Shown in pieces: positions 54,488 to 60,749 of a DNA stretch of 60,749 nt (the stretch's first letter is position 1; the number at the start of each line of letters is the position of its first letter). Position numbers and translations under genes: made by a program. Origin of the DNA: Prasinococcaceae sp. CCMP 1430 (lineage: Eukaryota; Plantae; Prasinodermophyta); NCBI GenBank assembly GCA_013416795.1, contig RQSC01000023.1, forward strand, positions 25,323 through 86,071. Reading direction: 5' to 3'. The notes beneath the pieces were generated by a model that did no database searches, was not told the DNA's origin, and was given only the letters and a program-made list of their open reading frames with translations.

Positions 54488-57400
54488 ATGGTCGGCGGGG
54501 GCGCCGGCGGCGGGGGAGGGGGTGTCGTCAACATCTCGTGCGCCGCGCTGCGGGTCGAGGGCAGCATCGACGCCGACGGCGAGGACGGGATGCCGCGCGA
54601 CGTCCATGCGGACCCTCCCCCCGTGGGCGGCGGCGGCGCCGGCGGCTCGGTGCACGTGAGCGCGCGCACGCTGGGCGGGACGGGCGAGGTGAGCGCCGAC
54701 GGCGGCGGCGGCCACGGCGGCGGCGGCGGCGGGCGCATCGCGCTGGTGTACGTCGACGGCGTCGGCAGCGCGTCGCTGAGCGCGCACGCCTTCGGCGGCC
54801 AGTCGCTCGGCTGCGCTGACGGCACGGGCGGCCCGGGGACGGTCTTTCTCAGCAGCGGCCGGTCGCTGGGCGTGGACAACGGGGGCTCCACGCCGGCGGC
54901 GGACACGCCGCTCGGCTTCTTCGAGCCGGTGGGCGCCGAGGGCGCGTGGGAGAACCTCGTGGTGCAAGGCGGGGCGCGGGCGCGCGCGACCTCGCCGGTG
55001 CTGCTCGGCAACCAGCTGGGCGTGTACTCGTCCTCGACGCTCGAATTTGAGGCGGAGGGGTCCAACTCCCGCGACTTCGTCGTCAGGGCCAGGCAGATCG
55101 ACCTCGCCGACGGCGGCGCGCTGCGCGCGTACGACGCGAGCGTCTCCGTCGAAACCGAGTCGCTGAGCATAGAGAACGGAGTGCTGTCCGTGCGCTTCGA
55201 CCCCGAGCGCGCGGCTCGCGACGAGGGGCGGTCGCTCGCCGGCGCGCCGGCGCGGCGGGGGGCGCTCTCGCGCTCCCCGCCGCGGGCGTCGACCTCGGCG
55301 CTGCCCCTGTCGCTGATCAAGGCCGACCGCGTGAGCGTGTCGAGCGACTCGGACGCCGTGAGCGTGGACGGCGCGCTGCGCTTCGAGGGACGCGGCACGT
55401 TCGGCTGGACGGCCGCCGCCGGGGCAGTGAGCGCGGACGTGCTCGTGGTGCAACTCTACGACAGATTGGTCGTCGAGGACAAGGCCACCGTGCAGGCGCC
55501 GCGGGCAGGCGCCGCGAGCAGGCAGGCGCAGCTCAACTGCTCGAGCACCGCGAGATGCCCCGCGGTGCCCTTCGACGAGGTGTGCCGGGCGTACAGCAAG
55601 GGCGCCGCCGCCTCGCGCACAGCCGCCTCCGCGGGGGCCTCCGCGGCGTCCGCGGACGCCCTGCCGACCTTTTACACGCTCCTTATGTGCGACGTCGGCG
55701 AGGTTGAGGTGGAGGGCGAGGTAGACGCCATCGCCATGCTGTTCCACCTGCAGGAGAAGGCGCGGCTGGACGTCAAGAAGGGCGGCGTGCTGAGCGCTGC
55801 GGCGCGCGGCTGCCTGGCGTCGCAGGGCGCCGGCGCGGGGACGTCGGCGGGCTCGCTCGCCACCGACGACGCCGCGGGTGGCGGCGCGGGCTTTGGTGGC
55901 GCGGGCGGCGCCGGCCACTACAACGGGAGCGATGTCGCCGGCGGAGCGGCCTACGGCCTGGAGCACAAGCCCTGCAACCTCGGGTCGGGCGGTGGCTCCG
56001 CCTCGACGCAGGTGCCCGCCGGGCGCGGCGGAGGCGTCATCATCGTCGGCAGCGATGACCATCTCGTCAGCCTCGGCGTCGAGGGCGTCATCACCGCCGC
56101 AGGCGGCGACGGGGGCGACGCCTTGCCAAACGGCGGTGGCGACCCCGCCGCGGGCGCCGGCGAGCCGGGCGGAGGCGGCGGCTCCGGCGGGACCATCCTG
56201 CTGCATCTGTCGGAGGCCAGCGCGGGGGGAGGCGGCCACGCCCCGCTCATCAGCGTCGCGGGAGGGCGCGGCGGCGCCGACGGCGGTGGCGGTGGCGGCG
56301 GGGGGCGCCTGGTCGTTTCGTGGAAGAACGACACCGCCCAGCGCACGGGCGGAATCGCCGCGTCGCCCCACCTGGCGCCTCCCACTTCGCGCAGGGACGA
56401 GCTGATGGCTGCGTTCGACTCGAGCGGCGGAAACGGCAGCGAGGCGGGAGCCGATGGCGCTCCGGGCACCATGGAGGCGGCGACGTGCCCGCCGGGCCAC
56501 GCGGGGCTTTTGTGCGACCGCTGTGCGCTCGGGCGCTACAAGGTCGACTGGGGCGCAGACGCCTCGCTGTGCCTTCCGTGCGACACGGACTCGTCCACAG
56601 GGCGCTCGCTGCCTGCGCGTGGGCGCTGGGCGCGCACGAACGGCACGAGCTGCGCGTACGAGTGCGTCAGTGCGCACGCGCGGCTGCCCACCTGTGACAC
56701 GCCCTTCGAGGCGCTGGTCAGCCGCCTCGGCGGACCGCTCGGGGCGGGCCTCACGCTCGGCGCCGTGCTGGCGGTGATGACGGGCGCCATCGCTGCACGC
56801 ACTGCGCTCGTGCGCGGGGCGGGCGATGTCACCGGCGGGCGCAAGCACGGCGGCCGATGGCTCGGGCTGGCGCTCTCGCCTCGCGGCGCCGTGGACGGCG
56901 TCGGCGCCTCAACGGCGCGCCTCGAGGCCACTCCGCCTCGCGGCGACGCGCGACGGCCGCTGCTCGAGTCGCTGGTCGAGGTGATGGAGAGCAGCGGGCG
57001 GGAGGACCACGTGCGCGGCTGGCAGGCGCGTCTGCACCTGGCGGGTGAAAACAGGCCGGCCAGCCCGTGGCGATTGCCGCACGTGCCGCCGCCCGAGGTG
57101 GCGCACTACGTGCTCGACCTGCAGTGGATGGACCTGGCGGTCCGAGTCAACGCATTGCTCGCTTGGCAGTGGTGGGAGGCCGCGCTCGCGGGTGCCACGG
57201 CGGCGATGGGTCCGGCGGTGGGCGGCGCGTGGATTGCGTACCGCCGCGAACGCCACCTGGCGCGCCTGACAGCCTTCTTCGACGAGTACGACTTCCAGTG
57301 CATGCGCAGCGTGCGCGCGCGCTCGTTGCTCGAGGGCATGCGCCTCGGCGGTGACGCGGCGGGAACCGTTGCGTGGCTCGACTTCTTTTCCTGCGACGGG

Positions 57401-58867
57401 GACGGCGCGCTCGGCAGGCTCGCGTGCGGCCCGCCCGCCTTCGCGTCCACGCGCAAGATCGGCTCCGGGGCCCAGAGCGACGGCGTCGTCATCGGACTGG
57501 GACGCGCCTGGACGAGCAGGGCCACGAACGCAGCGGTGGCGTTTTCGCCTGGGCAGGGCGGTGTCAGCGGTGGCTCGGCAACGGCTGCGCCGGGCGTGCC
57601 AACGCGTTCGCCCCAGCCGCTGGGCGGCGGGGCAAGCGACGCTGAGACCAGTGCGGTCGATTCCTGCGCGCCTGTGCTGTTGCTTGCACTCAGCGGCGAC
57701 GGCACGCTGCGCTCACCCCTTCGCCTCTCGCTCGACCCGCTCGCGCAGGCGTTCGCGGAGGGCGTGATGGCGGGCCGCAGCCGGGGCGCGGGCGGGGGCA
57801 GCGTGCTCGGCCTCGGCGCGTGGGGTGCGGCGCTCGAGGGCCTCAACGCCCGCCTGCGAGGCGTGCGCGCCTGCGACATGGCGGGTGCGCCCATGGCGGC
57901 GCTGGTCGTCTTCGTCAACTCCGAGTTGGGCGCCGTGCTCGCGCCGTGCGGGATGGGTGCGGTGCTTGCATGCAGGCCAGGCAGCGCTGGCGGAGGGCCG
58001 GCGGTCAGCGGTGCGTTCGCATCGAGGGCGCTTTCCGCGATGGTCTCGCCACCGTCCGCGTCAAGCAGCAGCGAGGACCTGGGCGACTTGCGCACCCCCG
58101 TCCTTGAGGGGGGCGCAAAGCACACCGGCTCCCCGACGCTGGAGCGAGCACAGCTGCGAGGCCCCGTCTCTGATGCCGCTGGCAGCACCAGCCGCTTGCG
58201 CGACGTTTTCCAGCGCGGTGGCGGCGTGCGGCTGGCGCTGGTGCTGCACACTCGAGTGCTCGCGTCCGCAGGCGGCGCCGACGGCAGCGCCACTGATTGG
58301 GGCGCGCTGTCGCTTGACGTTCCCGCGCCGTGGCGCGTCCTCCACTCGCGATCCGCGGCGCGCGTGCTGCCGCGCGCCGGCATCGCCACGCGCTTCGTGC
58401 TGGGCGCGCTCGTGCCGCTGCGCGCGCGCGCGCCGGACGGCGGCGGGGCGCGCATGGCGCTGTTGGGCGCGTCGCTCTTTTTGGCGGTCGTGGCTGATAC
58501 TGGCGTCGTGCTCAGCGAAATCTACCTTGCGTTGGCGGACAGGCGCGACGCCGTCGCGCTGGTGCTCCTGCTGGTCCTCCAGCCCGCCGCCGTCGTCTGC
58601 GCCCCGGCGGCGGGCGTGCATGCGCTCTTCGCGCCGTGGGGCGAGGGCGCCGCGCGTGCGACGCGCTCTTTCGTGCTGTGGAACGCCAGCTCGATGCTCC
58701 CTCTGTTCGCGCTCTTCGTGTACGCGCTCGCACTCAGCAGCGGCGACGGGGGCGGCGAGGCGCTGTGGTTGCTGCTGCCGCCGGCCGGGCTGCTCTGCAA
58801 GCTCGTGGAGGCGCACCTCGCCTCGACGTACCTCGGAGCCATCGAGCACGACGTCGACATGCCGTGA
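54488..58867 (+). CDS. Large Gly-rich membrane protein of the plant At5g11700/At4g32920 type, with a TNFR/EGF-like Cys module and multiple TMs
   Basis: Repeated GGGxGG-S/T-I/V units, CPPGHAGLLCDRC..GRYK, CAYEC..PTCDTPFE..GGP, LLESLVEV, GENRPASPWRLPHVPP, INALLAWQWWE-like block, and 3 or more C-terminal TMs. The start may lie upstream (ORF open from 54257). Confidence 0.8.
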   Translation: MVGGGAGGGGGGVVNISCAALRVEGSIDADGEDGMPRDVHADPPPVGGGGAGGSVHVSARTLGGTGEVSADGGGGHGGGGGGRIALVYVDGVGSASLSAHAFGGQSLGCADGTGGPGTVFLSSGRSLGVDNGGSTPAADTPLGFFEPVGAEGAWENLVVQGGARARATSPVLLGNQLGVYSSSTLEFEAEGSNSRDFVVRARQIDLADGGALRAYDASVSVETESLSIENGVLSVRFDPERAARDEGRSLAGAPARRGALSRSPPRASTSALPLSLIKADRVSVSSDSDAVSVDGALRFEGRGTFGWTAAAGAVSADVLVVQLYDRLVVEDKATVQAPRAGAASRQAQLNCSSTARCPAVPFDEVCRAYSKGAAASRTAASAGASAASADALPTFYTLLMCDVGEVEVEGEVDAIAMLFHLQEKARLDVKKGGVLSAAARGCLASQGAGAGTSAGSLATDDAAGGGAGFGGAGGAGHYNGSDVAGGAAYGLEHKPCNLGSGGGSASTQVPAGRGGGVIIVGSDDHLVSLGVEGVITAAGGDGGDALPNGGGDPAAGAGEPGGGGGSGGTILLHLSEASAGGGGHAPLISVAGGRGGADGGGGGGGGRLVVSWKNDTAQRTGGIAASPHLAPPTSRRDELMAAFDSSGGNGSEAGADGAPGTMEAATCPPGHAGLLCDRCALGRYKVDWGADASLCLPCDTDSSTGRSLPARGRWARTNGTSCAYECVSAHARLPTCDTPFEALVSRLGGPLGAGLTLGAVLAVMTGAIAARTALVRGAGDVTGGRKHGGRWLGLALSPRGAVDGVGASTARLEATPPRGDARRPLLESLVEVMESSGREDHVRGWQARLHLAGENRPASPWRLPHVPPPEVAHYVLDLQWMDLAVRVNALLAWQWWEAALAGATAAMGPAVGGAWIAYRRERHLARLTAFFDEYDFQCMRSVRARSLLEGMRLGGDAAGTVAWLDFFSCDGDGALGRLACGPPAFASTRKIGSGAQSDGVVIGLGRAWTSRATNAAVAFSPGQGGVSGGSATAAPGVPTRSPQPLGGGASDAETSAVDSCAPVLLLALSGDGTLRSPLRLSLDPLAQAFAEGVMAGRSRGAGGGSVLGLGAWGAALEGLNARLRGVRACDMAGAPMAALVVFVNSELGAVLAPCGMGAVLACRPGSAGGGPAVSGAFASRALSAMVSPPSASSSSEDLGDLRTPVLEGGAKHTGSPTLERAQLRGPVSDAAGSTSRLRDVFQRGGGVRLALVLHTRVLASAGGADGSATDWGALSLDVPAPWRVLHSRSAARVLPRAGIATRFVLGALVPLRARAPDGGGARMALLGASLFLAVVADTGVVLSEIYLALADRRDAVALVLLLVLQPAAVVCAPAAGVHALFAPWGEGAARATRSFVLWNASSMLPLFALFVYALALSSGDGGGEALWLLLPPAGLLCKLVEAHLASTYLGAIEHDVDMP

Positions 58868-59105
58868 GCGGCGCCCGCGGACGACCTGGGCACAGCCGTC
58901 GGCGCTCGCGACGCGAGCAACGTAAGCGATGGCTCTCTCGTTCCCTCAGCCGCAGCGAGCGCCGCAGCGCCCGCTCGCGCGTGTGGGTTGGGGGGGGTGG
59001 AGTGGCGAGGAGACGGGGTGTCCAGAAGGGTCTGTGTTCACATGCACTAGCGCGCCGCGCGTGGTCCGCCTGCGCTCGCGGCGGCGCCCTCGCTCCTTCC
59101 CTCCC

Positions 59106-59333
59106 TCAGTCAAAGGTGATGGGCGCGTTGACGAGGTCCCACAGCTTTCCGACGAACTTGCCGAGGAATTGGAGCTCCTTGACGACCGGTTTGAGCGGCT
59201 CGGGCATGGAGGGATACAGCGGCCACACCTGGACGGGCCCCACGCGGACGGGGCGGGGCATGCCGGGCACGAGCCCGCCACTGCTCAGCTGCGCGCGACC
59301 CTTCTTGCCGATGATGCGGGCGGGGCGCTCCAT
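59106..59333 (-). CDS. Small hypothetical protein (last exon; possible 18-nt micro-exon at 59455-59472)
   Basis: 75 codons, mostly G/C-ending. Acceptor AG lies directly before the ATG. The in-frame upstream micro-exon GGGAGGCTGAATACCGGA is flanked by AG/GT. Confidence 0.55.
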   Translation of the reverse strand: MERPARIIGKKGRAQLSSGGLVPGMPRPVRVGPVQVWPLYPSMPEPLKPVVKELQFLGKFVGKLWDLVNAPITFD

Positions 59334-59362
59334 CTGGATGCGGGCGGCGGGCGGGCGGAGTG

Positions 59363-59377
<15 letters not shown>

Positions 59378-59418
<41 letters not shown>
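59378..59418. repeat. (GA)~20 microsatellite adjoining a (GC)n run
   Basis: Read directly. It lies in the putative intron 59334-59454 as a polypyrimidine tract on the sense strand. Confidence 0.95.
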
Positions 59419-59421
<3 letters not shown>

Positions 59422-59906
59422 GAGGCGGCTGCGCACGGGCTGGCTCCTCCTCACTCCGGTATTCAGCCTCCCCTGCCTGCCGGCGTCGCGCGGCGTGGCG
59501 CCGCGCGCGCGCACAGTGCGCAGCGAGAGACACGAGCGAGCACCCGCAGGCGCCCCCTTTTTTGCCCGGCAGGGGGAAAAAACGTTTCTCCCCGAAGAAA
59601 TGAAACGTAATTCGCCATCAAACGCGCGCATTTCACTTTCCAGATATTTTCCAGAGAGCGTTCACACGTGTACGACCAGCTGGCGATGCGCGTGCCATAT
59701 GACCCATGCGCGCGTGCGCACGCGCGGTGCGCAAACCGCAGGTGGTTGGGTGCGACGTCAAATCGCATGGGGTGCGAACGGCATTGTACGGAGTAGAGAT
59801 GAGGATTTTTGTTGTGAGAGATGATGTGGTTTCGCGGAGAGGTGCGCACGTGGCGCCGAAAATTCTTCAAGGCTCCTCGCGGTGCGCGCGCGGCGTATTG
59901 GCTCCT

Positions 59907-60495
59907 TTAGTTACTCGTGGAGAGTGAACAGTGTATCGCCATCTCGACGAGTTGTTGGTGCCAATAGGCCCCGAGCCTGGTGGGGGCCACCACTGTGGCC
60001 GCCGCACCCGAGCGCTGCAGCTTGGCTACTGTCGCCTCGAGCAGGCCCGTCGGCGCGTCCACGTAGTTGTGCTCGCGGCGCCAGCTAACGCAGGTCGAAC
60101 ACCAACCTGAACCCCTGACCGTTGGGCTTCGGCACCAGGAACGCCCGACTCACGTACTTGCCGGCTGCCCGGGCCTTCTGCAACGCGCCCACGCGAAGCA
60201 ACCGCCCGATCTCGGGCTTGAGCCACTTGGCCTCCTCGGCGGTCAGAGACTCGGGGTGCAGCGATGCGCCCATGTTGAAAGAGCGTGGCGGCCCCTGCCG
60301 CCACGGTACCCGCACGCCCCGGCGAATCCATCGAAGCACGCGCGAGGGAGCCCCCAAGTTCGCCCAGGTGCGCCAGCGACGCGATACGCTCGCCCAGAGG
60401 GGCTCGGTGCCCTCCCTACTGGGACTCGGGCTTGGCCTTGGAGGGCTTGGCCGGCAACTTCTTGCGGTCCTGGTGTGATGATATGTAGCTCGCAT
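59907..60495 (-). mobile_element. Internally deleted DIRS/PAT-like (tyrosine-recombinase) retrotransposon remnant: gag tail + RT start + methyltransferase fragment
   Basis: RT N-terminus: W..LGAPSRVLRWIRRGVRVPW..PP.SFN.G..EIGRLL..GAL..YVSRAFLVPKP..FRLVFDLR* (60495-60085). In the +1 frame (60086-59907): SWRREHNYVDAPTGLLEATVAKLQRSGAAATVVAP..AYWHQQLVEMA, matching the DIRS MT domain pattern. Basic gag-like tail QDRKKLPAKPSKAKPESQ* ends at 60416. Confidence 0.8.
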
Positions 60496-60749
60496 GCTAC
60501 ATAATGTATCGTCCTCACCTAGTCTCCCGTGGTCAGTCTAGACAGTCATTTACCTGATGACCTACCCCAGGTCTGAGTGGAAACTACACTGGGTTGAAAC
60601 CCCCAGCCGGGTTGAAAGCCCCGGGCGTGAGTGAGTAACTCGGGTCAGACAGCGGGATTGCACCGATAGCAAACCCGGCTGATAATTAAGGTCAGGGTCT
60701 GGGGTATTGAACCCCATCCCCGTCAGCTCTTAAGGGTAGGGTCTAAGGT
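60482..60749. other. Hairpin-dense non-coding module (terminal repeat, MITE or structured RNA) running to the window end
   Basis: At least 7 hairpins, a tandem 18-mer with a compensatory T-A to C-G change, and long-range IRs TACCCCAG/CTGGGGTA and CCTACCC/GGGTAGG. Confidence 0.6.

Noticed and set aside
150-58925. Hundreds of long Arg/Ala/Pro-rich overlapping or antisense ORFs, including those read through N-gaps
   Set aside because: These are shadow frames expected at ~70% GC, where stop codons are rare. They have no motifs, and X-containing ORFs are gap artefacts.
60520-60590. Hammerhead ribozyme: CTGATGA at 60554-60 and GAAA at 60580-83
   Set aside because: Stem II does not close directly before GAAA and stem I cannot pair next to the core. 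Only a 4-bp stem III is possible.
60569-60650. RNase P RNA suggested by AGGTCTGAG...TCAGAC (P4-like)
   Set aside because: Spacing is far too short and the other conserved regions are absent.
60690-60749. tRNA gene suggested by a perfect T-arm hairpin
   Set aside because: No acceptor, D or anticodon arms can be built around it.

Overview
Gene-dense, very GC-rich eukaryotic scaffold with 6 long N-gaps and 4 single-N joins. It comes from the green lineage: COP-alpha, the nucleotide-sugar transporter, OXA2-TPR and an At5g11700-type protein are plant-like, introns are short GT-AG with GCTGAC branch points, and TGTAA poly(A) signals follow many stops. This fits a prasinophyte-grade green alga (inference). 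About 25 protein genes or fragments are visible: WDR27, DEAD-box helicase, PP1, BCAT, a bacterial-type HD protein, OXA2/COX18, HhH-GPD glycosylase, AlkB, HMG-box, COPA, folate-receptor-like, MAEA, TKL kinase and several orphans. No rRNA, tRNA or CRISPR array is supported. Best leads: (1) one ORF fusing a nucleotide-sugar transporter to a GT90 glycosyltransferase with consistent topology; (2) a stand-alone protein with two CysRS anticodon-binding-like repeats and a Gly/Tyr/Gln prion-like tail; (3) a ~450 bp bacterial adhesin-like fragment beside a 150 bp foldback element; (4) a DIRS/PAT retroelement remnant whose RT start is joined directly to the methyltransferase domain, next to a hairpin-dense module with a compensatory base change. 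All homology calls are by-eye motif recognition; no database search was run.
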